From Synechococcus sp. (GTDB taxonomy: Bacteria > Cyanobacteriota > Cyanobacteriia > PCC-6307 > Cyanobiaceae), in NCBI GenBank assembly GCA_047284725.1, contig JBJBEO010000001.1:2200203-2264202 (forward strand): a stretch of 64,000 bases of DNA. Reading direction: 5' to 3'. Positions 50,243 through 60,755 of this stretch are shown in pieces (positions within the stretch are counted from its first letter, which is position 1; each line of letters begins with the position of its first letter). Made by a program: the position numbers and the translations under genes. A model generated the notes under the pieces. The model was given only the letters and a program-made list of their open reading frames with translations. It was not told the origin of the DNA and searched no databases.

Positions 50243-51232
50243 CTACTCCAAAGACTTTAGAATCAAAGCTTCCAAATCACTTACTCTGGCCTGCAAAGAA
50301 GAAATCTGAGAACGCAGTGAAATAATCTCACACTCTGCATAAAAGCCGAGCTTTCGTCCAACCCTTGGGAGCCATTCTGGGGAAGCAGACCATTCAAGAA
50401 TCCATAAACAGCCATCACCGCACTGGATCAGAAATTCACCAGTGTCAGACACTTCAAGGATTCGCCCAACAACTCCTTTTATAGATTCAGAAAAAGTAAG
50501 ATTTGCACGTGTAATGACAATTTTTTCGTCCACATCAAAGGTGAATGCGCCAGGGTGGGGAGAGCACGAAGCACGAATATGAGTCAATAAATCAACAGCT
50601 GTGTTATGCCAGTTTATCCATCCATCATCAGGGGAGCGCTTACCATAATAGGTAGCAGAATTATGATCCTGAGGACGTAACTCAACTGAGCCATCTGCGA
50701 GCCTTGGCAACAAATCATCTAGCGCGATGGCCTCTGCATTCAACAGCTTTTTTTCTACGGAGGACGCATCATCAGAAAAGTCAACACTAAAAGGCACTTG
50801 AACTAAGATTGGTCCATCGTCAACGCCCTCTTGCATAATGAAGAATGAAGCAGCTCCATCATTTTGCTCAAGAATCAACCAAGCCAATGGAGCCCTGCCA
50901 CGACCTAGAGGCAAGTTAGTAGGGTGAAATCCCACAAAACCGTCAGGAGGTATGGTCAACATAGCTATCGGGATTATTTGCGATAGACCAACCGCAAAAA
51001 CCCGATCAGGCCCAAAGTCTCTAAGAGACTGTGTGCATTCATCAACCCTTACAAATGATTGGTAAATAAATCCCGACTCTTTGGCGACCAAGGAAAGATC
51101 AACCCAACCACTTACATTGGAAGTATTTTGAGGCTGATAACCAAAAACAATGACATCCTTAAAACCATGTTCACAAAGCTTTCGAACAACAACACCTGTT
51201 GAACGAACACCACCAATGACTGCAATTTTCAT
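50243..51232 (-). CDS. Sugar N-formyltransferase (Fmt-like)
   Basis: GFHPTNLPLGRGRAPLAW, VDDGPIL, DG.INW and PHPGAF; C-terminal coiled-coil-like tail. Confidence 0.88.
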   Translation of the reverse strand: MKIAVIGGVRSTGVVVRKLCEHGFKDVIVFGYQPQNTSNVSGWVDLSLVAKESGFIYQSFVRVDECTQSLRDFGPDRVFAVGLSQIIPIAMLTIPPDGFVGFHPTNLPLGRGRAPLAWLILEQNDGAASFFIMQEGVDDGPILVQVPFSVDFSDDASSVEKKLLNAEAIALDDLLPRLADGSVELRPQDHNSATYYGKRSPDDGWINWHNTAVDLLTHIRASCSPHPGAFTFDVDEKIVITRANLTFSESIKGVVGRILEVSDTGEFLIQCGDGCLWILEWSASPEWLPRVGRKLGFYAECEIISLRSQISSLQARVSDLEALILKSLE

Positions 51233-51810
51233 AATTCAGGAGTAATACTTTTCTCACCAAAAACAACTACAGCTAGAGTTTGAAAAATAATCATTAGATC
51301 AAACAAAAACCCCGCATTGTCAATATATTCGACATCGTAGTTCCACCTTTGCTCCCACGAAAGAGTGGTATTACCATTTACTTGAGCAAAACCAGTCAAC
51401 CCAGGACGCATCTCCGTACGAATCTTCGCCCACCGAGGCATTGAATTAAAAGTCTCAAGAAGGCAGGGTCTAGGGCCGACAAAGCTCATATCCCCGATAA
51501 TTATATTTAAAATCTGAGGTAGTTCATCAATTTTGAAACGCCTTAAGAGTCCACCAAATGGAAATACACCATCTCCCCAATTCGAAGTTTGAGAAACTGG
51601 ACGGAAAAAATCTACGTGCATGGTTCTGAATTTGAGTATCGAAAACAAACGCCCCCCGAATCCGACTCTCTGTTGACAAAAAAACAAAGGACCTTTAGAA
51701 GAGCACTTTATTCCTATTGCAACAATTAAAAATAGTGGCACAAAAAGAATAACAAGCGACAAAGCAAAGGCAAAATCACAAAATCTCTTAAACAACAGAT
51801 AAGTACTCAT
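51229..51810 (-). CDS. Small phosphoglycosyltransferase (PglC/WbqP-like sugar transferase)
   Basis: Motifs KRFCD, GPLFF.Q.RVG, KFRTM, IDELPQ..NI..GDMSFVGPRP and PGLTGFAQVNG. Confidence 0.93.
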   Translation of the reverse strand: MSTYLLFKRFCDFAFALSLVILFVPLFLIVAIGIKCSSKGPLFFCQQRVGFGGRLFSILKFRTMHVDFFRPVSQTSNWGDGVFPFGGLLRRFKIDELPQILNIIIGDMSFVGPRPCLLETFNSMPRWAKIRTEMRPGLTGFAQVNGNTTLSWEQRWNYDVEYIDNAGFLFDLMIIFQTLAVVVFGEKSITPEL

Positions 51811-52487
51811 CGAGAATAGTCACCTATCAACATGAAAGCTTCAGCGGCAGAGGTTGCAATATTGGAACCCCTCAAGGTGGCAAGTGCACGAATAGTAGCT
51901 AAGGAACGCGGCAAGCCGTCGGGTTGCAGCTGACTGCCATAGGCCTTCATAGCCTCAATCTTTAAATCTATCGTAGATTCTATATTCACAAAAACATTGG
52001 GAAGAAAAGCATTTATTGGATACGGTGGAACAACATGAGTCTCCGAAAGTGTTTCATATGCCAAGATTTTACGAATCGAAGATGCAGATTTCAAATATGA
52101 GCGTGTTGCCACGTGAGCCCCGTAAGCTATAGCAGAGTGATCTTTATGCAGATCATAGAAAAAAGGAACGTAGACAACAGATGGCTGCACTCTACGCAGA
52201 ATATTTTCGACAACTTTATTTATTTTCCAGCTAGCAGTAAAGTCGAGACATGCCGCCGGTAGGTTTTCAAAGATCACATCGTGAATCCCCAATATCTCCG
52301 AGGAATTCAAACATTCATCACGAATCTTGTCCCAAAGTGAGTTAGGCCAAATTGGATGGTCGCCATCACCACTTCCAGTAAGAACCGAGAGGATGACATT
52401 GTCACCATCAGCAACATGCCGGGCAATAGTTCCACCAACCCCCAGAACCTCATCATCAGCATGAGGAGCGAAAACCAAAACACTCAT
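51807..52487 (-). CDS. PIG-L/LmbE family N-acetylsugar deacetylase
   Basis: Motifs APHADDEVLGVGG, DLHKDH, YETLSET, K..AM.AY.SQ and AEAF. Confidence 0.9.
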   Translation of the reverse strand: MSVLVFAPHADDEVLGVGGTIARHVADGDNVILSVLTGSGDGDHPIWPNSLWDKIRDECLNSSEILGIHDVIFENLPAACLDFTASWKINKVVENILRRVQPSVVYVPFFYDLHKDHSAIAYGAHVATRSYLKSASSIRKILAYETLSETHVVPPYPINAFLPNVFVNIESTIDLKIEAMKAYGSQLQPDGLPRSLATIRALATLRGSNIATSAAEAFMLIGDYSR

Positions 52488-52618
52488 ACAATCAAAACCA
52501 ATTAGAGAGGAATACGTTATAACCAGGCTTAGCCCGCAGCAAAGAAAAACAAAAACAAGAAGGATAGCAAAAAACCATAAATTAGATCAAAAAAGGAACG
52601 TAAAAACGTAAACAAGCA

Positions 52619-53902
52619 TCATCTAACACCAAATCCAAAACGAATCATACGCGCTCGATACTTAAAGGCAGTATCTTCCAAGACTTTACACCAACGTTGG
52701 GACAATAGCTCCCTTGAAAAGCTACTCTCGGCCAAAGCACGGGCATTTGAACCTAACGAAGCCCTAAGAGGTGGATCATCAGCGATTGAAATCAAAGCTC
52801 GTGCAAAATCCTCAGGACTTCGTGGTGGAACAGTAAGACCAACTTTCTCTTCGCGAATTATTTCTGAAAGCCAACCAGGATAATTATTGATGACGGGCAA
52901 ACCACAGGACAAATAATCAAAGAACTTATTAGGAGACGTACCTCTATAAAAAGCCGGTACATCCTCAAGAACCATCAGACCAGCATGTACAGACTTAGCA
53001 AGAATACCGGCGAGTTCTGACTTTGGAATCGGGGGCATAAAATGGCAACTAGTAAGCACTTCATCATCTACACGTTGAACCAAAGAAGGTTTACATCGAC
53101 CATCACCAATGAACAAAAAATGTATATCAAGACGCCCCCAATATTTCAATACAGATGCAGTGTCGAGAACAGCGTCTAGTCCATTACAAATTCCATGAGC
53201 ACCAGTAAAGGCCACTACAAGAGAACCAGGATCCAAGGAAAGACCGGCAATTTTCTCCGGCTGCTTGATTTCACCAGACGGGAGGGGGTGAAAGAGATCA
53301 AGATCACAAGCATTTGGTATGTTCGTAATACGCGAAGGGAGCACGCCACGTTCGGCAATACCCTCACAGATCCCCGGGGCTAAGCCAATGCAGGCATCTG
53401 CCGAGTGATAACTAAGCCATTCAAGAGCAGAAAGGGCCGAGAGCACGAATGGGTTACGCAGCACTCCCATTGCACGGGGAAGCTCGGGCCAGAGATCGCG
53501 CACCTCGAAGACAAATGGTGTCCCTCTCAACCAACGGGCGACAATACCGGGAATACCAGCTGTGAGAGGAGTGGTGGTCGCAAAAACAAGATCCGCATCA
53601 GACCGAAGCACTAGCAGTAGGCTCTGCCAGCTATAGCGAAAAAACACCATGGCCCTCTCCAGCAAACCTGCGTAATTCGAGTAGTGAAGGTCGAACTCGA
53701 TGACCTCAATCCCATCCACCAGACCTCTGCGATTGCCATGTCGAAAGGGCCCGTCCAAGCCGGTCTTGGTGCGGGCATCTCGAAGGCACACCATCTGAAC
53801 CTGATTACCAGCCTCCACTAGAGAACGGGCTAGAGCGTAAGAGCGGGTGCCGGCAGCACCTGCAGGCGTAGAGAAATACTGGTGGTAATAAAGAACCTTC
53901 AC
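52619..53902 (-). CDS. Glycosyltransferase family 4 (WbuB-like)
   Basis: YYHQYF.TP..A.GTRS, FEVRDLWPE, GAHG..NGL and SPNKFFDYL..GLPV. GTG start. Confidence 0.92.
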   Translation of the reverse strand: MKVLYYHQYFSTPAGAAGTRSYALARSLVEAGNQVQMVCLRDARTKTGLDGPFRHGNRRGLVDGIEVIEFDLHYSNYAGLLERAMVFFRYSWQSLLLVLRSDADLVFATTTPLTAGIPGIVARWLRGTPFVFEVRDLWPELPRAMGVLRNPFVLSALSALEWLSYHSADACIGLAPGICEGIAERGVLPSRITNIPNACDLDLFHPLPSGEIKQPEKIAGLSLDPGSLVVAFTGAHGICNGLDAVLDTASVLKYWGRLDIHFLFIGDGRCKPSLVQRVDDEVLTSCHFMPPIPKSELAGILAKSVHAGLMVLEDVPAFYRGTSPNKFFDYLSCGLPVINNYPGWLSEIIREEKVGLTVPPRSPEDFARALISIADDPPLRASLGSNARALAESSFSRELLSQRWCKVLEDTAFKYRARMIRFGFGVR

Positions 53903-53914
53903 GCGCAGTTGATA

Positions 53915-55813
53915 TCAGGAAGGAAGGAGAATGGAAGTAATGAAGACTGCAGGAGCATGCTCAACAGCTACTTCGAGAACAGGCAAAGGAGTTTTGGCAC
54001 CATAGTATTGAGATTCCCAGCCAGATATCAACTCCAGCCGGACAATGGGCTGATCACATTGAACTTGCAGAGTCGCCATTGAACTGATAAGAGTGGAACC
54101 ATCTAAGCTCCATTCTCCAGGACAAAGACGCCAACGCAGCAACGCTTGAGTCCGGAAGGCTGAACAGGTGTCAGTAATAGTCCAAGCCTTTCCCGTTGCA
54201 TCAACCATCACTTGACGTTGATGGCGGCCAAATGGACAGCGGTAGGCAGCGTTAATTGAGAGAACTTCCACCTGAGGTGAAGCTTCAAGCTTCACCCAAT
54301 CACCCCAGAGGAAGCGGCCGAGACGAAGCATGGGCTCGGCACCATCAAAATGAACGGTATTATGAGTTGTAATACCAGGAAAGATGGCAAGATCATCGGA
54401 AGAAGCATTGTATGCATAACTACCACCATCACGCAGGAGGTTGACGCCACGATGCCAAAGATCAAAGTGAAGCGGATCGGCATGTGCAGGCCTGAAACGG
54501 TAGGTAGGGAGGCGGAGCAGGGCCCAACAACTGACGGAAGGCCGCAAGGTTGCATAACCACCATCTTTAAACATAGTTATTACATTCGATGAGGTGGTCC
54601 CCAGAGCAGAATCTAGGGAACGACTAACAGAAAGCCCTAACCAATGGAGCGGTTCATCCCAAGGCCCATCCTGAAAGACTGGGTATCCTCGAAAAAGCAC
54701 GGAAGCTAACTGAATGGTGGGGCGGAAGTCGCGGTAATCCTGGCTGTGAAGGGTGTAGCAAAAGGCTCCGTCGTTGTTGCCGAGGTTGGGTCCATCGCCA
54801 CTAATGGGATCGACCATAGAAGTAAGCCAAGAAGTAGCAGCAAGGCAATGACTAAAAAATCTCTCAGAGAAAGGATCAAGATCAAGCCATCGACACCAAA
54901 GAACAGCCTGAGAAAGCGTATCAAGTAGCAAGCGGTGGTAAGTAAGCGAATGCTGAGAAAATGAGCCATCCGCCATAACGAGTCGGCCAACACTCTGCTC
55001 TAAAGAGAGACGGCCGGCTTTAGCCCACTGGCGACCAGATGAAGCATACAAACTGGAATTGGCTGCAAGCCAACTTCCACCTATGAACAGAGCTGCGGCT
55101 TCAGACGACCAGTGATTGTTTTCCTGAGATTGTGCGTAGTGAACCGTTGCAGAAATACGAGTCAAATGAGCAGAAACGAAGGCGGCTCGCTCGGGATTAC
55201 AGGTGGGGACATACCCTGGGGCGTCGCTCAAATGCCAAGCCTGAAGTGCATGCAGCAGCCGTATTGAACATTCCTGACCGCAAAGCCAGTTGGAACCACC
55301 ATTTACAGGATTGGCCTCACACCAACTCTGACTCCAGGCATTCAATCCATCCCGGTAGTAACTGTCGCCACTGAAAAGCCAAGCGCGCGCGAATAGTGGT
55401 GCCCAACCCCAGCGGGAGAGCTCCCAACAGCGTTTAATATCTGCACCGGAGAAGGGTCTGCAACGGCTCCAATGCTGGCTGCTATCAGGGAAGCGCAGGC
55501 CGGAGGCAGGGTCTAAAAACCAATCCGGTGGTGAGCCAATCTCATGGATTTCATGGCTGAACCAGGTAGCTCGGCCAATAAGCAGAGCATCAGCAACTGA
55601 AAGACAAGCCTCACGTGAAGCCAGAAACCATGAATATGAAGGGAGGTTATCTTGCTCCCGAGATCCCCTCAGTGGCTCGGGTACGGGACAGGGTTCGATA
55701 GGGGAAGCTAAGTGGTGGAGGCCGCTATGCAAAGCGACACGATGTTTGGCTACCGAAGCACAATTACGCCAGCCCAGCCTTTTGCTGGTGCGTAACAGAG
55801 AGAGCAATTTCAC
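53915..55813 (-). CDS. Heparinase II/III-like protein (polysaccharide locus)
   Basis: DIK..WELSR, NNHW..EA, DGSFSQHSLTYHR, HADPLH.DL and LLRDGGSYAY, HNTV; GTG at 55813 overlaps the wecC stop. Confidence 0.87.
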   Translation of the reverse strand: MKLLSLLRTSKRLGWRNCASVAKHRVALHSGLHHLASPIEPCPVPEPLRGSREQDNLPSYSWFLASREACLSVADALLIGRATWFSHEIHEIGSPPDWFLDPASGLRFPDSSQHWSRCRPFSGADIKRCWELSRWGWAPLFARAWLFSGDSYYRDGLNAWSQSWCEANPVNGGSNWLCGQECSIRLLHALQAWHLSDAPGYVPTCNPERAAFVSAHLTRISATVHYAQSQENNHWSSEAAALFIGGSWLAANSSLYASSGRQWAKAGRLSLEQSVGRLVMADGSFSQHSLTYHRLLLDTLSQAVLWCRWLDLDPFSERFFSHCLAATSWLTSMVDPISGDGPNLGNNDGAFCYTLHSQDYRDFRPTIQLASVLFRGYPVFQDGPWDEPLHWLGLSVSRSLDSALGTTSSNVITMFKDGGYATLRPSVSCWALLRLPTYRFRPAHADPLHFDLWHRGVNLLRDGGSYAYNASSDDLAIFPGITTHNTVHFDGAEPMLRLGRFLWGDWVKLEASPQVEVLSINAAYRCPFGRHQRQVMVDATGKAWTITDTCSAFRTQALLRWRLCPGEWSLDGSTLISSMATLQVQCDQPIVRLELISGWESQYYGAKTPLPVLEVAVEHAPAVFITSILLPS

Positions 55814-57024
55814 CCCTGATCTGTAACACCACACAGATCAAAAACCTCATGGTTACTGATTTCAAGCCCCTTGAAAGGGCTATGAGCCACGAGGAAGACC
55901 AATAAATCAGCTTGCGTCAAAACTTGATCAAGGGAGTGAAGCTTGATGGTGGGATGGTCAGACAAATTGGGTTCACAAGCAAGAACATCTAAACCGGCCA
56001 CTAAGAGTTCGGTAGTGATATGCAGAGCAGGGGATTCACGCAAATCGTCGACATCCGGCTTAAATGCCAAACCTAAGCAGCCAATGCGGGCAGGACGACC
56101 AAGCTCATCTTCAAGAGTGGCGGCACGAGCCTGAACCTGATCAATGACCCAACGACTCTTGCCGTCGTTAACTCGACGGGCATTTTGGATCAAAGAGGTG
56201 CAGTGGGGTGCGGCAGAAGCAATGAACCAAGGGTCCACGGCAATGCAGTGACCGCCCACACCACAACCAGGCTGGAGTACATTCACTCGGGGGTGATGAT
56301 TGGCCAGACTGATGAGCTCACGCACGTTGATATCAAGGTGATTACAAACCAGTGAAAGCTCATTAGCAAAAGCAATATTTACATCCCGAAAGCTGTTCTC
56401 CGTGAGCTTCACAAGCTCAGCAGTGCGGGCAGTCGTGGAAAGCAATTCCCCTTTGCAGAAACTGGCATAAAAAACCTGACCGGCTTTAGTAGAAGCTGTG
56501 GTGAGACCACCGATCACACGATCATTACTGACAAGTTCATGGAGGATACGCCCGGGAAGGACACGCTCAGGACAATAGGCGATATGAATCTCGTCACCAC
56601 TTACATTGCTTGCTTGGGCAATTACTTGAGCTAACTTCTCAGTCGTACCAACAGGAGAAGTGGATTCCAGCAAAATGAGATTGCCAGGACAAAGAACCGG
56701 AGCAATTGCACGGGCGGCGGAGAGCACATAATCAATGTTGGGCTGTGGGACACCATCGACACTGCTCCTGAAAGGGGTCGGTACGGCGATCAAAAACACA
56801 TCAGCTGGAGCTGGTGTGAGCTGTGCAGAGAGAGAACCGGAGGCAACGGCACTTGCAACTGCCTGTTCTAGGTCAGGCTCCACAATGTGAATGCGACCCT
56901 CATTAACAGTGCTTACAACCTGCACATTCACATCGACGCCAATTACCCGATGACCAGCACGAGCCAAGACGGCCGCTGTGGGAAGGCCTATATAACCAAG
57001 ACCAACTACACAACAAGTACTCAT
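55810..57024 (-). CDS. wecC: UDP-N-acetyl-D-mannosamine dehydrogenase
   Basis: Motifs GLGYIGLPTA, ESTSPVGTT, CPERVLPG, KLTENSFRDVNIAFANE, GVGGHCIAVDP and FKPDVDDLRESP. Confidence 0.92.
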   Translation of the reverse strand: MSTCCVVGLGYIGLPTAAVLARAGHRVIGVDVNVQVVSTVNEGRIHIVEPDLEQAVASAVASGSLSAQLTPAPADVFLIAVPTPFRSSVDGVPQPNIDYVLSAARAIAPVLCPGNLILLESTSPVGTTEKLAQVIAQASNVSGDEIHIAYCPERVLPGRILHELVSNDRVIGGLTTASTKAGQVFYASFCKGELLSTTARTAELVKLTENSFRDVNIAFANELSLVCNHLDINVRELISLANHHPRVNVLQPGCGVGGHCIAVDPWFIASAAPHCTSLIQNARRVNDGKSRWVIDQVQARAATLEDELGRPARIGCLGLAFKPDVDDLRESPALHITTELLVAGLDVLACEPNLSDHPTIKLHSLDQVLTQADLLVFLVAHSPFKGLEISNHEVFDLCGVTDQG

Positions 57025-59132
57025 TGGTTCACGGCCTCCAAAAGCCAGCGCTGAACTTCAAACAACTCTGAAGCAGGGATAGGTGCTGGACCACCCGATT
57101 GAATGGCTTGTATAAAGGCTTTACAACAGTTTATTTGCCCTTTGTCTTGGGCAAGAAGCCGACGCTTTCTGAAGCCAGTGATACCCCAAGCCTCAAGTTT
57201 ACGGTAATTATCGAGGCGGAGCACTTTACCGGAGGCAAACACTTCCAAACGCTCCTTAGGAAAAGCCTTACTGCCATTAGCGAAATAGTGAACAGTGCCA
57301 ATTGAGCCATCTGCAAACCGCAGGGTTAAGGAGAAGGTATCGGGACAAGGCTTGCTATCAGCAGCGCTGAGAAGTTGCAAATCTTCGATAGGGCTGGCAG
57401 CAAGATAGCGAAGTAGATCGACAAAGTGGCAAGCCTCACCAATGAGACGACCTCCTCCAAGAACAGGGTCTTGAGTCCAATGGTCGTCAGGAATGGAACC
57501 GGCATTACACGTATACACAAAAGACTTGGGACCACTGAAACGCTGGAGCTGTAGCTGAAGATCTATCGACAGCGGAGCGAATCGTCGGTTGAAACCAACC
57601 ATTAATAATTGCTCTCCAGTATGTGCTGCTTGTATGGCATCAAGCTGTTCGAAGGTTAGACAAAGGGGTTTCTCTACAAATACATGCTTGCCGGCATCCA
57701 GGGCCTGAACCACAAGTGATGCATGACTGTCGTGACGAGTAGCAATAACAACTGAATTGGACCCAGGGTCTTCCAACGCAGCGAGAACATCAGTGGTTAC
57801 ATGATTAAAACCATATTTGCGGCCAACGTGGACGGGGCCGATGCCGCTAGAGGCAGCAAGACTATGAAAAGAAGCACCGACCTTTGCAAAAGCAGGGATA
57901 AGCATACGGCTGGCATAATTACCAGCTCCGATTACTCCCAACGCGGGTTGGCAAGGAGAGGCAGAACTATGATCAACAGAGTGCTTAACAGAAAGAAGAC
58001 TCGTACACTGGGAGAGGCCGGAATTATCGGCATATTTAAGCAAGATGCCGAGCGACGGCGCGGAACTGGTTAGCAGCTCGTAAGCATCGGCAGCCTCCTC
58101 AAAGAGAAAACGGTGAGATATGAGCAAATCTGTGCGAAGAGCACCCGTCTGCAATACATGGAGAACAGCTTGAAAATTGCGCTGTTCTGTCCAGCGAACA
58201 AAACCGATGGGGTAATCACGACCAAGTTGCTCGTAAGCAGCGTCGTAACGACCAGGCCCGTACGAACAACTAACTTGAAAAGAAAGTTCTTTTTTGTAAA
58301 AAAGATCACGGCGAAGATCTAATCCTGTTACGCCGACCAAAACGATGCGACCACGTTGGCGACAGGCTTGAGCCGCAACATGGACTGGATCGCTCGACGA
58401 AGTGGCAGCAGTAATCAATACACCATCGACACCAACACCATCAGTGAGCTGAGAACACCATGCGACAGGATCTACATTTTCTGAAAGGTGAAAAGCTGTA
58501 ACACCAAGTTGCTCAGCGAGAGCACACTTAGTTGGATCTGGATCAAGACCTAAAACGCGACAGCCATGCGAAACAAGCAATTGTGCTGTCAATAGGCCAA
58601 TCAATCCAAGACCACTGACTAAAAACGTCTCCCCAAGAGTAGGATTAGCAAGACGGATTCCTTGAAGGCCAATAGATGCTAAAACTACAAATGTTGCATT
58701 TTCATCACTAACAGAGTCAGGAATTACTGCACAAAGATTTTGAGGAACAGCTACAAATTCAGCGTGGCTACCATTGGAGACAACTCGATCACCAACTTTA
58801 AAACCAGTGACGTTGGATCCAACTTCTACCACTGTTCCAACATTGCAATAACCAAGAGGAAGCGGTTGATCTAACTTACTACGTACAGAGTCAACGGTTG
58901 ACAAAAGTCCATCAGAACGGGCTTTATCGAACACCTGCTGAACCTTATCCGGCTGCTGACGAGCCTTCTGAATCAGATTCGACCTACCAAAATCAACGAG
59001 CATTTTTTCGGTGCCCGCAGAAACCAGGGAACTATTTGATCTTATTAATAGGGAATTAGAGCTTAGAGAAGGCGAAGGTACATCCCAGATTTCGGTCTCT
59101 CCTGTGGAAAGAAGTTGGATAATTTGCTTCAC
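57021..59132 (-). CDS. Bi-domain oxidoreductase (MDR alcohol-dehydrogenase domain + Gfo/Idh/MocA domain)
   Basis: SLVSAGTE, PLGYCNVG, GLGLIG and SYGPGRYD, then GAGNYA, ATRHDSH, HVFVEKP, VGFNRRF and GEACHF.D. Confidence 0.9.
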   Translation of the reverse strand: MKQIIQLLSTGETEIWDVPSPSLSSNSLLIRSNSSLVSAGTEKMLVDFGRSNLIQKARQQPDKVQQVFDKARSDGLLSTVDSVRSKLDQPLPLGYCNVGTVVEVGSNVTGFKVGDRVVSNGSHAEFVAVPQNLCAVIPDSVSDENATFVVLASIGLQGIRLANPTLGETFLVSGLGLIGLLTAQLLVSHGCRVLGLDPDPTKCALAEQLGVTAFHLSENVDPVAWCSQLTDGVGVDGVLITAATSSSDPVHVAAQACRQRGRIVLVGVTGLDLRRDLFYKKELSFQVSCSYGPGRYDAAYEQLGRDYPIGFVRWTEQRNFQAVLHVLQTGALRTDLLISHRFLFEEAADAYELLTSSAPSLGILLKYADNSGLSQCTSLLSVKHSVDHSSASPCQPALGVIGAGNYASRMLIPAFAKVGASFHSLAASSGIGPVHVGRKYGFNHVTTDVLAALEDPGSNSVVIATRHDSHASLVVQALDAGKHVFVEKPLCLTFEQLDAIQAAHTGEQLLMVGFNRRFAPLSIDLQLQLQRFSGPKSFVYTCNAGSIPDDHWTQDPVLGGGRLIGEACHFVDLLRYLAASPIEDLQLLSAADSKPCPDTFSLTLRFADGSIGTVHYFANGSKAFPKERLEVFASGKVLRLDNYRKLEAWGITGFRKRRLLAQDKGQINCCKAFIQAIQSGGPAPIPASELFEVQRWLLEAVNQ

Positions 59133-59136
59133 AAAG

Positions 59137-59613
59137 CTAATTCAAATACGACTTAGGATTATTCACTCTATACCTTAAAAGCTTAGCCGGATTACCGGCT
59201 ACGATAGCATAGTCGGGAACATCCTTTGTGACAACAGATCCTGCACCTACGACAGCCCCAACACCAATAGTCACACCGTGCAAAATGGTTGATGAGGCAC
59301 CTACCCAAGCACCACGCGAAATTACCACTGGCTTAGCAGTGGGACGAGGACTGTCGATAATATCCGCACCGTCGACAATTTCAAGAGAATGATCACCACC
59401 AACACAAACAACGAATGCAGCAATCATGACATTTGGTTGAACCAGTAGCGGCACTGATGAGTAGAAATGTCTGCCTACGAAGCAATTAGGACCAATGCTC
59501 GTGCTGTATCTAGATGAGACGACGAAGTGCCTACAAATCTTTGAACGCTTAATTGAAACAAGGGGACGAAGTGAGAGAAATAGAGACCGAGCAACATCAA
59601 TAAATGAAATCAT
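59137..59613 (-). CDS. Acyltransferase, hexapeptide-repeat (LbH) family
   Basis: VVISRGAWVGASSTILHGVTIG.GAVVGAGSVVTKDVP..AIVAGNPAK. Confidence 0.9.
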   Translation of the reverse strand: MISFIDVARSLFLSLRPLVSIKRSKICRHFVVSSRYSTSIGPNCFVGRHFYSSVPLLVQPNVMIAAFVVCVGGDHSLEIVDGADIIDSPRPTAKPVVISRGAWVGASSTILHGVTIGVGAVVGAGSVVTKDVPDYAIVAGNPAKLLRYRVNNPKSYLN

Positions 59614-60755
59614 TCGGCACCCCGAGCAACCTCAAGGAGGCAATTTTTAATATTAGCATAATAGGAATAATAACCATGCTCAGATGTACTTAGAGAGCAA
59701 AGAGAATGCATTTGAAGAAGTGAGGCAGGAGCCGATTGAGCAAGATCAAGAAGGGCATCAAGAATATCTTGAGTATTAGACATAGTATTCACTACTCCAC
59801 AGCCATTCTTTAACCAATCAGCTTCTGACCCATCACCTATAGAAGCAAGTACAGGAATACCATGAGCGATGGCCTCGGATACAACTAAGCCGCCAAGACC
59901 AGGCATGACTAACAGGTCTTGACCAGTAAATACCCTCGAGAGCGCATCTCCTGACTGACGACCTAAAAAGGTGACATGCTGATTGATACCAAGATCTGTA
60001 GACAAATCCTGAAGATACGAATATAGTTCACCATCACCCACATAAGTAAGATGAGCGGAACGAAAATAATCGGAATTATTACTTATGAGTGGCAAAAGCG
60101 AACTAAATGCGCGCAAAAGAATATGAGGCTTTTTCGCGGCAGTCATAGCCCCAACATATATTAAATTGAAGCAGGAAGGGTTAGGATGGTAGGGCACTTC
60201 AGAAATGCAACGATTGTCGACTGTATTAACGGCACAATAGATTTTGGTGCTTGAAATCCCTAACTTTTTAAAATGGTCAATACCGCGATTACTGTACACC
60301 AAGGCAGCATCAGATAAACGCTCCACAAATGAAAATGGATATAACAAAAATTTCGACAAAGCGCTACGAGTAGGCAATGAGCCTAGACTCCATTGAATTA
60401 ATTTCTTGCGATAAATCTTACAATACGAGAAGGAGACAAGATTCATGAACAGATTAGATGCACCTTCGCAGACCACAACATCAGGAGAGAGTTGCTGCAG
60501 GGTATGAAATAAATCAAAAGAGAGAGGTATATAAGCTTTCCGTCCCATAAAGGAAAGAGTGATATTAAGAGAAGGTAGGCAAAGGCTATTGACAGAAGAA
60601 GTATCACCCGAGATAACTTTAGTGCCTACAAAGTCTTGAAAATGGATAAGAGTAAAGTCTATTTGAGGGTCGCGGGAGAGGTCCTCAAATAGAGGGATTC
60701 TCCAAAATTGAGCGACTCTGTATACAACGACTACCTTAATTTTCATATTGAACAT
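59610..60755 (-). CDS. Glycosyltransferase family 4
   Basis: LIYVG....KK, YVGDG, V.FLG and PGLGGLVVSEAIAHGIPV. Confidence 0.85.
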   Translation of the reverse strand: MFNMKIKVVVVYRVAQFWRIPLFEDLSRDPQIDFTLIHFQDFVGTKVISGDTSSVNSLCLPSLNITLSFMGRKAYIPLSFDLFHTLQQLSPDVVVCEGASNLFMNLVSFSYCKIYRKKLIQWSLGSLPTRSALSKFLLYPFSFVERLSDAALVYSNRGIDHFKKLGISSTKIYCAVNTVDNRCISEVPYHPNPSCFNLIYVGAMTAAKKPHILLRAFSSLLPLISNNSDYFRSAHLTYVGDGELYSYLQDLSTDLGINQHVTFLGRQSGDALSRVFTGQDLLVMPGLGGLVVSEAIAHGIPVLASIGDGSEADWLKNGCGVVNTMSNTQDILDALLDLAQSAPASLLQMHSLCSLSTSEHGYYSYYANIKNCLLEVARGAE

